Below, in pieces: positions 56,063-63,421 of a stretch of DNA of 63,421 nt (positions are counted from its first letter, which is position 1; each line of letters opens with the position of its first letter). This DNA is from Alphaproteobacteria bacterium (lineage in GTDB: Bacteria > Pseudomonadota > Alphaproteobacteria > TMED109). The DNA is taken from assembly GCA_029243935.1 (NCBI GenBank), contig JAQWRB010000031.1, positions 1-63,421 on the forward strand, in the 5' to 3' direction. The notes under the pieces are model-generated. The model saw only the letters and a list, made by a program, of their open reading frames with translations, was not told the origin of the DNA and made no database searches. Made by a program: the position numbers and the translations under genes.

Positions 56063-56503
56063 TTACTCCTTAGGGTTTATATTACTATTTAAACTATTTA
56101 ATACAACTTTAGGCAAACGAGAAGGTTTACCTTTTGTATTAACTGATCCTAATGTTACTTCAATTTTTGCTAGTAATGTCATTTTTTTGTATATTTTTTG
56201 TTCCATTATAATTTTAGCAGAAGATATTTTTAATATTACGCTTTTTATAATTAATAAGTCATCTAATTGAGCTGGTTTAAAATATTCAATAAATAAAGTT
56301 TTAACAACAAATTGAATATTATATTCATTTTTTAAAATTGCCTGCTCTATTTTTATTTTACGTAACATTTCGGTTCTTGAACGCTCTGCAAATTTTAAAT
56401 AATTTGCATGATATACCACACTTCCTGCATCTGTATCTTCATAATAAACTCTAATATTATTATTATGCTTTAATATGGAGATTTTATTTATTTTTTGTTT
56501 CAT
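56063..56503 (-). CDS. ybgC: acyl-CoA thioesterase YbgC (4HBT family)
   Basis: VYYEDTDAGSVVYHANYLKFAERSRTE hotdog-fold motif. First gene of the tol cluster. Confidence 0.85.
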   Translation of the reverse strand: MKQKINKISILKHNNNIRVYYEDTDAGSVVYHANYLKFAERSRTEMLRKIKIEQAILKNEYNIQFVVKTLFIEYFKPAQLDDLLIIKSVILKISSAKIIMEQKIYKKMTLLAKIEVTLGSVNTKGKPSRLPKVVLNSLNSNINPKE

Positions 56504-56516
56504 TTTTATGGACAGT

Positions 56517-57527
56517 TTATTGTTTTTGGATAAATAATTTTTCTAAAGCAATTTTTGTTGCAATTCTACCTCTGGGGGTTTTTTGTAGAAATCCTTTTTG
56601 GATTAAATAGGGCTCTATAACATCTTCAATAGAATCTTTTTGTTCACCCATTTGAGCTGCTAGCGTTTCTAGTCCTACGGGGCCTCCATTATGATCATTA
56701 ATTAGATGGTTTAAATAATTCTGATCCATTTGATCTAAACCGTTTGAGTCAACGCCTAATTGAGATAAAGCTTGATCTGCCATACTTTGATTAACTTCCA
56801 AATGTTCTTTATTTATTGAGGTTATAATATCCCTTAATCTTCGAACCAATCGGCTTGCTACTCTGGGAGTTCCTCTTGATCTTTGAGCAATTTCTAGTGC
56901 TGCAGAGTTATCCATTTTTATATTGAGTAGCTTGGCGGACCTTAAAACAATTTCCTTCATTTCTGGTGTTTCATAAAATTCTAGTCTTGCAGGTATACCA
57001 AAACGGTCCCTTAATGGGTTAGATAATAATCCAGCTCTAGTAGTGGCACCTATCAAGGTAAAAGGTTGAAGGTCAATTTTAACTGATCTTGCAGATGGTC
57101 CTTCTCCTATCATTATATCTAAGTGTAGGTCTTCCATAGCCGGATATAGTATTTCTTCTACTGTAGTATTTAAGCGGTGTATTTCATCAATAAACAAAAT
57201 ATCATTTTTTTCTAAAGAAGTTAATAATGCTGCTAAATCACCAGGCCTTTGTATAATAGGTCCAGACGTAGATCTAAAACCTACGTTTAATTCATTTGAA
57301 ATTATTTTGGCTAATGTAGTTTTTCCTAATCCTGGAGGTCCATATAGTAATACATGGTCAAGAGCTTCGCCTCTTTTTTGTGCAGCTTTCATAAAAATAT
57401 TTAAATTATTACATAATAAAGTTTGCCCAATAAACTGTTTAAGTCTTTGAGGTCTAAGAGTAAAATCCTTATTGTCTCTATTTTCAGATGCTATAGGGCT
57501 AATATTTTTTTCTTCTTCTAAATTCAT
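56517..57527 (-). CDS. ruvB: Holliday junction branch migration helicase RuvB
   Basis: GPPGLGKTT Walker A, DEIHRL, RuvB winged-helix C-terminus. Confidence 0.97.
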   Translation of the reverse strand: MNLEEEKNISPIASENRDNKDFTLRPQRLKQFIGQTLLCNNLNIFMKAAQKRGEALDHVLLYGPPGLGKTTLAKIISNELNVGFRSTSGPIIQRPGDLAALLTSLEKNDILFIDEIHRLNTTVEEILYPAMEDLHLDIMIGEGPSARSVKIDLQPFTLIGATTRAGLLSNPLRDRFGIPARLEFYETPEMKEIVLRSAKLLNIKMDNSAALEIAQRSRGTPRVASRLVRRLRDIITSINKEHLEVNQSMADQALSQLGVDSNGLDQMDQNYLNHLINDHNGGPVGLETLAAQMGEQKDSIEDVIEPYLIQKGFLQKTPRGRIATKIALEKLFIQKQ

Positions 57528-58120
57528 TTTCTTTTCTCAGAAATAATTTTTAAAGAAATCTGTAACATATCTTCTACTTTCTTATTTTTATCTTCATTGC
57601 TTAATTTTGATATAACTTCATATGCTTGGTGATATCCATAACCAAGGCCTACAAGGCCACTTATAACATCTTGAATATTATTAGTCTCTTTAGATTGTTT
57701 GCTGTCTAGAATTGAGATGTTCATAGTTTTATCTTTTAATTCTGAGCATATTCTTACTGCACCTTTGTTACCTATGCCAGGAATTCGCGTTAATGAAGTT
57801 TTGTCTTCAGATAAAATAGCCATTTCCAATTCATCTGGAGTCATTATAGATAATCCTTTTAAAGCTGTTTTTGCTCCTACTCCTTGAACTTTTAATAATA
57901 ATCCAAACCAATATTTTTCTTTTTCTTCTTTAAAACCATACAATGTAATTTGGTCTTCTCTTACTATTGTTTCAATTAATACTTCATCTAATTGACCTTT
58001 AGAAGATAATTTATTTAATACTTTTGTAGGACAATAAACGATATAGCCAACTCCTGATACGTCAATAATAGCAAAATCTTCTCCTATTTGATCAATCATA
58101 CCTCTTAATTTAGCAATCAT
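57524..58120 (-). CDS. ruvA: Holliday junction DNA-binding protein RuvA
   Basis: [13 protein letters not shown]-terminus and HhH motifs ([17 protein letters not shown]). The track ORF extends to 58177 across the ruvC stop; Met at 58120 fits the family. Confidence 0.92.
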   Translation of the reverse strand: MIAKLRGMIDQIGEDFAIIDVSGVGYIVYCPTKVLNKLSSKGQLDEVLIETIVREDQITLYGFKEEKEKYWFGLLLKVQGVGAKTALKGLSIMTPDELEMAILSEDKTSLTRIPGIGNKGAVRICSELKDKTMNISILDSKQSKETNNIQDVISGLVGLGYGYHQAYEVISKLSNEDKNKKVEDMLQISLKIISEKRK

Positions 58121-58122
58121 TA

Positions 58123-58620
58123 TTATTTCCTTAAATTCATTTGATGTATTTTCGAATTTGCAAAAATCGTATGGCATATAGCTACTGCTAAAGCATCTGA
58201 TTCATCTTCAGATTTTATTTTACATCTTGGTAATAGTATATTTACCATAGATGCCACTTGGTCTTTTTTAGATCTTCCAGAGCCTGTCACAGATTGTTTA
58301 ACTCTTGTTGGAGCATATTCATATATCGGCATTTCATTTATAGAACATGCTGTTATTGCAGCTCCTCTAGCCATGCCAAGTTTTAAAGTTGACTGGCCAT
58401 TTATATTTACAAAAACTTCTTCTATAGCAGCTACTGAGGGTTTATATTTTTTAACAATTGAATCTAAACCTTGATGAATTTCTTTTAATCTATCAGACAA
58501 GCTTAATGAAATTTTAGGAGAAATATTTCCGCTTGCGACCCAGGAAATTTTATTATCCTTAGAATTTATAATACCCCAACCAGTATGACGTAAACCTGGA
58601 TCTAAGCCTAAAAGGCGCAT
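58123..58620 (-). CDS. ruvC: crossover junction endodeoxyribonuclease RuvC
   Basis: LGLDPGLRHTGWG N-terminus with catalytic acidic residues. 165 aa. Confidence 0.95.
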   Translation of the reverse strand: MRLLGLDPGLRHTGWGIINSKDNKISWVASGNISPKISLSLSDRLKEIHQGLDSIVKKYKPSVAAIEEVFVNINGQSTLKLGMARGAAITACSINEMPIYEYAPTRVKQSVTGSGRSKKDQVASMVNILLPRCKIKSEDESDALAVAICHTIFANSKIHQMNLRK

Positions 58621-58645
58621 TTATTTTTTCCTCATAAATAAGTAC

Positions 58646-59398
58646 TTAGTTACTGTTGATCTTCTCCATAACTTCATCTGAAACATCCACGTTAGTATAG
58701 ACTGTTTGGACGTCATCATTGTCTTCTAGTAAATCAATAAATTTTAATATTTTTTCTGCTTGCTCTTCATTAATAGACTGCAAATTTTGTGGAACCCATT
58801 CTAGTTTAGCGCTAATTGGGTCTCCTAACTTATTAGTTATCTCATCCCTTACGTTTCCAAAATCTTCGACGACACAAATCGCAGTATGCTCAGTAATATC
58901 ACTATTTATGTCTTCTGCTCCTGCTTCAGCAGCGAGCTCAAAAAATTTATCTTCTCCACATTCTTCAGCTTTAAATTTAATTACTCCCTTTCTAGTAAAG
59001 ACAAAACTTAAGCTTCCTGTTTCGCCTAGATTACCACCATTTTTACTAAAAGCTGAACGTATTTCTGAAGCCGTCCTATTTCTGTTATCTGTAAGGACAT
59101 CTATAATGACTGCAACACTTCCTGGGCCATATCCTTCATAACGTATTTCTTCATACACAGCATCATCATTGCCACCTACTGCTTTTTGAATAGCTTTTTC
59201 AATTCTATCTTTAGGCATGTTTTCAGCTCTTGCACTTATAATAGCATTTCTTAATCTAGGGTTTTTTTCTGCTTCTGGAAGGCCTGTCTTAGCAGCTACA
59301 GTTATCTCCCTTCCCATTTTTGAAAATAATTTTGCTCTTTTTGCATCTTGCGCACCTTTTCTATATTGAATATTTTTAAACTTTGAATGTCCTGCCAT
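58646..59398 (-). CDS. yebC: YebC/PmpR family DNA-binding regulator
   Basis: MAGHSKFKNIQYRKGAQDAKRAKLF signature. 250 aa. Confidence 0.93.
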   Translation of the reverse strand: MAGHSKFKNIQYRKGAQDAKRAKLFSKMGREITVAAKTGLPEAEKNPRLRNAIISARAENMPKDRIEKAIQKAVGGNDDAVYEEIRYEGYGPGSVAVIIDVLTDNRNRTASEIRSAFSKNGGNLGETGSLSFVFTRKGVIKFKAEECGEDKFFELAAEAGAEDINSDITEHTAICVVEDFGNVRDEITNKLGDPISAKLEWVPQNLQSINEEQAEKILKFIDLLEDNDDVQTVYTNVDVSDEVMEKINSN

Positions 59399-59463
59399 TT
59401 TAATCCCAATATTATATCTAATAATTTTTATTATACTTATTTTTTAAAATTATAAATTTTTAT

Positions 59464-60282
59464 TTATATTTTTTTAGGTACTCTATTAATTAATCTTGGG
59501 CCTATAATAATGGGCTCAATATTTACTGCCAGTCCTGTTGTATCATTAATATTGACAACTACACCACACAAAGTTGCCACACCTGAGCTTACATTAATTC
59601 TGCCCACTGGCATTTTATTTTTAAATCTTGATACCCAGCCTTCTTTCTCTCCACCTATTACTGAGTCATAATCCCCACACATGCCTGCATCTGATTGGTA
59701 AGCAGTACCATTTTTTAGAATTTGAGCATCTAATGTAGGTACATGAGTATGCGTGCCAACTATAAAACTAACTTTACCATCAAAAGCATGACCTATTGCC
59801 ATTTTTTCTGATGTGGCTTCCCCATGTACGTCTATTACTATTGCGTTTACTTCTTCTCCTATTTTATAATCCCTTAAAATATTATCTATGCTTTCAATAG
59901 GGTCATTAAGTGGATCCATAAACAATCTCGCCATGACATTTATCACTAAAATATTTCTATTCATTAAATCTTTATAAATTACAAAGCCTTGCCCTGGAAC
60001 ATTTTGTGGAAAATTATTAGGTCTCAATAAATTCGGATCTTTACTTATATATGGAATAATTTCTTTTTGATCCCATACATGGTTTCCTGTTGTAATAATA
60101 TCTACGCCTAATTCATAAAATTCTTCACAAATTTTAGGAGTAATTCCAAAGCCGCCTGCCGCATTTTCTCCATTTAAAATTACTGTATCAATTTCAAGCT
60201 TTCTTTTAAGTTCTGGAAGTTCTTTTATAACAACCTGTCTACCGGACTTTCCCATTACATCACCTAAAAATAGTATATTCAT
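59464..60282 (-). CDS. YmdB-like metallophosphoesterase (TIGR00282 family)
   Basis: ILFLGDVMGKSGR, GNHVWD, GTHTHVPT calcineurin-like phosphoesterase motifs. 272 aa. Confidence 0.85.
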   Translation of the reverse strand: MNILFLGDVMGKSGRQVVIKELPELKRKLEIDTVILNGENAAGGFGITPKICEEFYELGVDIITTGNHVWDQKEIIPYISKDPNLLRPNNFPQNVPGQGFVIYKDLMNRNILVINVMARLFMDPLNDPIESIDNILRDYKIGEEVNAIVIDVHGEATSEKMAIGHAFDGKVSFIVGTHTHVPTLDAQILKNGTAYQSDAGMCGDYDSVIGGEKEGWVSRFKNKMPVGRINVSSGVATLCGVVVNINDTTGLAVNIEPIIIGPRLINRVPKKI

Positions 60283-60890
60283 AGAACTGTCCCTTTAATG
60301 TAAGCGTTATCATAGATAAATTTTTCAGTAATAATAGCATCCATCCTTATATCATGTTTTTCTATTGGCACTGATAATATCTCTTGAGTAGAATATGCCA
60401 AACCTATCTTAATAGCATTTTTATTTTTAAGTAATATTCTATCATAATATCCTCCTCCTCTTCCCAACCGATTAAGCCTTTTATCAAAACCTATTAATGG
60501 ACATATTATTACGTCGAGTTTTTTTATCTCAACACTTTTTAGGTTAACTCCTAATTTATTAATTACTAATTTTGCATTAGGTTTCCACAGACGAAATTTA
60601 ATATTATTTTTTTCTGTAGAAGCAATTGAGATTAATATTTTATATTCATTTAGAGCTGCGAGAGAAGGTCTTGTGTCTATTTCTGATCCAATAGGCCAAT
60701 ATAAAGCAATTTTTTTCTCAATTGTTAAACATTTTTTAAGATGTAAAAACTTTATTAAATTATGAGCTATATTATTCTTATATTCTTCTGATATCAAATG
60801 AAATGCTTTTCTTGTTTTAATAAGTGCATTTCTTAATTGTTTTTTTTGTGTGGAGTAATGCCGCTTAGACCGAATTTTTTGAATAACCAC
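60279..60890 (-). CDS. 5-formyltetrahydrofolate cyclo-ligase
   Basis: KKQLRNALIKTRK N-terminus and GRGGGYYDR motif. Only a GTG start is available, and it lies inside the GC-rich RNA element upstream. Confidence 0.8.
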   Translation of the reverse strand: MVIQKIRSKRHYSTQKKQLRNALIKTRKAFHLISEEYKNNIAHNLIKFLHLKKCLTIEKKIALYWPIGSEIDTRPSLAALNEYKILISIASTEKNNIKFRLWKPNAKLVINKLGVNLKSVEIKKLDVIICPLIGFDKRLNRLGRGGGYYDRILLKNKNAIKIGLAYSTQEILSVPIEKHDIRMDAIITEKFIYDNAYIKGTVL

Positions 60891-61024
60891 CTCGGAGCCT
60901 AAGTTATAGGTGGGAATCGCATAACAAGACCACAGTCTTGACAGAGGAGATTCCCGAGTGATTAGAAAGGTCCTGGAGTTTTTCTATATTTCGCATCCCG
61001 CAGCTATTACTCCAAGTAGATTAT
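60883..61024 (-). ncRNA. ssrS: 6S RNA candidate (ends approximate)
   Basis: Sharp GC-rich island in an AT-rich spacer, sitting exactly between zapA and the 5-FCL (ygfA) gene, which is the conserved proteobacterial ssrS locus. Closing stem CUUGGAG/CUCCGAG, extendable by AUAAUC/GGUUAU. Internal GGGAAUC...GAUUCCC stem and CAAGAC-UGUG-GUCUUG hairpin. No covariance-model search was possible. Confidence 0.55.
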
Positions 61025-61048
61025 AAATTATTAGTTTAAATATAACAA
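61020..61048 (-). promoter_or_regulatory. sigma-70-like promoter in front of the 6S-like element
   Basis: On the minus strand, TTGTTA (61048-61043), a 17-nt spacer, then TATAAT (61025-61020). Such hexamers also arise by chance in AT-rich DNA. Confidence 0.35.
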
Positions 61049-61072
61049 GCTAACATAAATTATATATTAATA

Positions 61073-61351
61073 TTAGGCCTTTTTTTCTATTTTCTGAGAT
61101 ATTTTTTCTATTTTTTTTGTGCTATTATCTATAATTTTTATAGCATCCTCTATTGCATCTTGATTTTTATCAAGAATAGTTATGGCAGCTAAAACCATTA
61201 ATTTTACATCACCTATTTGCCCTAAGCTATTAGCTATGTTTATAACTTCTGAATCTAATAATAACGATAATTCTTTAACCCTTTCTTCTTCACCAGCAGA
61301 ACAAGCAATCTTATGCTCTCTATTATTTATTGTTATGCTTACTTCAGGCAT
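61073..61351 (-). CDS. zapA: cell division protein ZapA
   Basis: 92 aa. VSITINNREHKIACSAGEEERVKELSLLLD pattern typical of ZapA, followed by a coiled-coil tail. Confidence 0.85.
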   Translation of the reverse strand: MPEVSITINNREHKIACSAGEEERVKELSLLLDSEVINIANSLGQIGDVKLMVLAAITILDKNQDAIEDAIKIIDNSTKKIEKISQKIEKKA

Positions 61352-61571
61352 TTTTTTTACTTTTTTCTAATGTATCAATTTTTAGCAATATTTTTTCCAA
61401 TTTATTTAGAGTATCTGCATACTTAAATTTTAAATTTTCATTTTCTTTTAAAAGCACTGTTTCAACTTTTTTATTGCTCATAACGTTGTTATTATTAATA
61501 GAGGTAATTACAGAATTCAATTTTTCTATAGAAGAATCAAATTTATCTAATGATGATTTTAAGTCTTTCAT
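61344..61571 (-). CDS. small coiled-coil protein (DUF4164/ZauP-like ZapA partner)
   Basis: 75 aa with a heptad-like K/E/L-rich sequence. 8-nt overlap with the zapA start. Same arrangement as the Caulobacter zauP-zapA pair, from memory. Confidence 0.5.
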   Translation of the reverse strand: MKDLKSSLDKFDSSIEKLNSVITSINNNNVMSNKKVETVLLKENENLKFKYADTLNKLEKILLKIDTLEKSKKNA

Positions 61572-61749
61572 AATAATTATATTCCTAATTAAAATATTTT
61601 TGTCTACAAAAAATAAATAACATTGTATTGTTTTAAAATTATTTCTTATAACAGAATAAGATGAATTAACTTACATTTGCAATAAAGTAGAAAAAAAAAT
61701 AGATAATAAAGTCTTTTTAATAATAACTTTTATAGGATATTAAACCTCC

Positions 61750-63421
61750 ATGGCACAAAATAATCAAATTAATAATACGGAACTTTCTAATGCTATCAGG
61801 ATGTTATCTGTGGATGCAGTAGAGAAAGCTAATTCTGGTCATCCGGGGATGCCAATGGGTATGTCTGATGTTGCGACTGTTTTATTTACTAAATTTTTAA
61901 AGTTTGATTCTAGTTGCCCTGATTGGATTAACAGAGATAGATTTGTTTTAAGTGCTGGTCATGGCTCAATGTTATTGTATTCATTACTATATCTTAACGG
62001 CTATAAAGATATAAGTATGGAAGATATAAAAAATTTTAGGACTTTAAATTCTAAAACTGCTGGACACCCTGAATACGGAGAACTTAAAGGAATAGAAACT
62101 ACAACAGGACCCTTAGGCCAAGGGCTTGCTAATGCTGTTGGAATTGCTTTGGCAGAAAAAATCATGTCTAACAAATATGGTAGTGATTTGTTTAATCATA
62201 AAACATTTGTAATTGCTGGTGATGGTTGTTTAATGGAGGGAATCAGTCAAGAAGCTATTTCTTTTGCAGGGCATATAGGTCTTGGTAAATTAATTGTTTT
62301 ATTTGATGATAATGGGATATCTATAGATGGTCCAACATCTTTATCTACTTCAGATGATAATCTTATTCGTTTTCAGGCAAGTAATTGGCATACTATAGAA
62401 TGTGATGGTCACTCACCATCTGAAACAGAAGAAGCTATTAATAAAGCAATAGCTGATCCACGTCCTTCTTTAATAGCTTGCAAAACTAAAATAGGGTTTG
62501 GTTCTCCAAATAAGGAAGGTAAGTCTTCAAGTCATGGATCTCCTATGGGAAAAGAAGAAATAGAATTGATTCGAAAAGAATTAAATTGGAGTCATGCACC
62601 ATTTGTCATTCCTGAAAATATTTTAGATGCATGGAATAATAATGGGATAAAGGGAAAAACAGAACGGGAATCATGGCAAAAAATATATAATACCTCTAAT
62701 TATAATGATGAGATTAATGATGCTATTTCAGGCAAGAATCTTGATAATTTAGAAAGCAGCTTAGAAAACTATAAATTAAGTTTAGCAGAAAACTTAACTT
62801 CCTTAGCTACAAGAAAATCTAGTGAAAATGTTTTAAATGAGTTAACAGAGATAGTTTCTAATTTAATTGGAGGTTCAGCTGACTTAACCGGTTCTAATAA
62901 TACATTAGCAAGAAACCAAATAGCAATTAATGCTAAGGATTTTTCTGGAAGCTATATATATTATGGAATAAGAGAACACGCAATGGCAGCTATAATGAAT
63001 GGTATTGCTTTGCATAGTGGTTTAATTCCTTATGGAGGAACATTCTTAGTATTTACAGATTATTGTAGACCTGCAATTCGCTTGTCAGCTTTAATGGGTT
63101 TAAAAGTAATTTATATTATGACGCATGATTCTATAGGACTAGGAGAAGATGGTCCTACACATCAGCCAGTAGAGCACTTGTCAGCTTTAAGGGCTATTCC
63201 AAATCTAGAAGTCTGGAGACCTGCAGATAGCACAGAAACACTAGAAGTATGGCAGGAAGCTCTAGCTTCAAAAAACACCCCTAGTGTGATAGCGTTATCT
63301 AGACAAAATTTACAACCTATACGTAAAGAATATACAAAAAATAATTTATCTTCTTTAGGTGCTTATGTAGTTGTAGAAAAAGAAAATTCGGAAATAAGTT
63401 TATTTGCTTCTGGCTCAGAAT
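61750..63421 (+). CDS. tkt: transketolase (3' end outside window)
   Basis: Not in the ORF track because no stop lies in the window. My translation is MAQNNQINNTELSNAIRMLSVDAVEKANSGHPGMPMG..GDGCLMEG (ThDP motif). The frame is open to the window end. Confidence 0.95.
   Translation, partial: MAQNNQINNTELSNAIRMLSVDAVEKANSGHPGMPMGMSDVATVLFTKFLKFDSSCPDWINRDRFVLSAGHGSMLLYSLLYLNGYKDISMEDIKNFRTLNSKTAGHPEYGELKGIETTTGPLGQGLANAVGIALAEKIMSNKYGSDLFNHKTFVIAGDGCLMEGISQEAISFAGHIGLGKLIVLFDDNGISIDGPTSLSTSDDNLIRFQASNWHTIECDGHSPSETEEAINKAIADPRPSLIACKTKIGFGSPNKEGKSSSHGSPMGKEEIELIRKELNWSHAPFVIPENILDAWNNNGIKGKTERESWQKIYNTSNYNDEINDAISGKNLDNLESSLENYKLSLAENLTSLATRKSSENVLNELTEIVSNLIGGSADLTGSNNTLARNQIAINAKDFSGSYIYYGIREHAMAAIMNGIALHSGLIPYGGTFLVFTDYCRPAIRLSALMGLKVIYIMTHDSIGLGEDGPTHQPVEHLSALRAIPNLEVWRPADSTETLEVWQEALASKNTPSVIALSRQNLQPIRKEYTKNNLSSLGAYVVVEKENSEISLFASGSE

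Noticed and set aside
60883-61024. The GC-rich island as a tRNA or tmRNA fragment
   Set aside because: I could find no cloverleaf arrangement and no T-loop GGTTCGAATCC-type box. The length and long terminal helix fit a 6S-like RNA better.
61330-61620. Plus-strand 96-aa ORF overlapping the zapA upstream region
   Set aside because: It is antisense to the coiled-coil ZauP-like ORF. It is Phe/Leu/Ser-rich low complexity. The minus-strand reading fits operon structure through its 8-nt overlap with zapA.

Overview
This is a very AT-rich, tightly packed core chromosome segment from a streamlined alphaproteobacterium. Gene order and the Lys/Ile/Asn-rich proteins look Pelagibacterales/SAR11-like, but the taxon is an inference. 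About 70 genes sit with tiny or overlapping spacers. In order: zapE(partial), Fe-ADH, PhyH-dioxygenase, mdh-sucCDAB-lpdA, xer recombinase, tal, priA, atpHAGDC, rppH, ctpA, rsfS-nadD-proA-proB-obg-rpmA-rplU. Next comes a small accessory metabolic block (peroxiredoxin, GGT, KPR-like reductase, acyl-CoA ligase, omega-aminotransferase, AhpD-like protein, esterase, JAMM). Then rluD, rpoH, purA, hisZ, serA, serC, thiD, glmM, folP, ftsH, tilS, cpoB-pal-tolBARQ-ybgC, ruvBAC, yebC, ymdB-like, 5-FCL, a 6S-RNA-like element, zapA with a coiled-coil partner, and tkt(partial). I saw no rRNA, tRNA, CRISPR, transposase, prophage or recognisable defence cassette, so I cannot support a new multi-gene system here. 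The points worth a second look are these. (1) The only long spacer (28171-28841) holds a Fur-type hexamer array, a perfect 14-3-14 palindrome with an Irr ICE-box core just upstream of a peroxiredoxin gene, a mini-ORF inside an SD-sequestering stem, and a relic ORF. (2) Several substitution-type gene lesions occur in a genome type that normally has almost none: an in-frame TGA in ftsH, a truncated TAG-interrupted LytM/M23 gene with rlmH missing from the locus, and priA with a conserved N-terminus but no canonical start codon. (3) A GC-rich structured RNA lies in the conserved zapA-ssrS-ygfA position. All homology calls come from motif recognition by eye; no searches were run.
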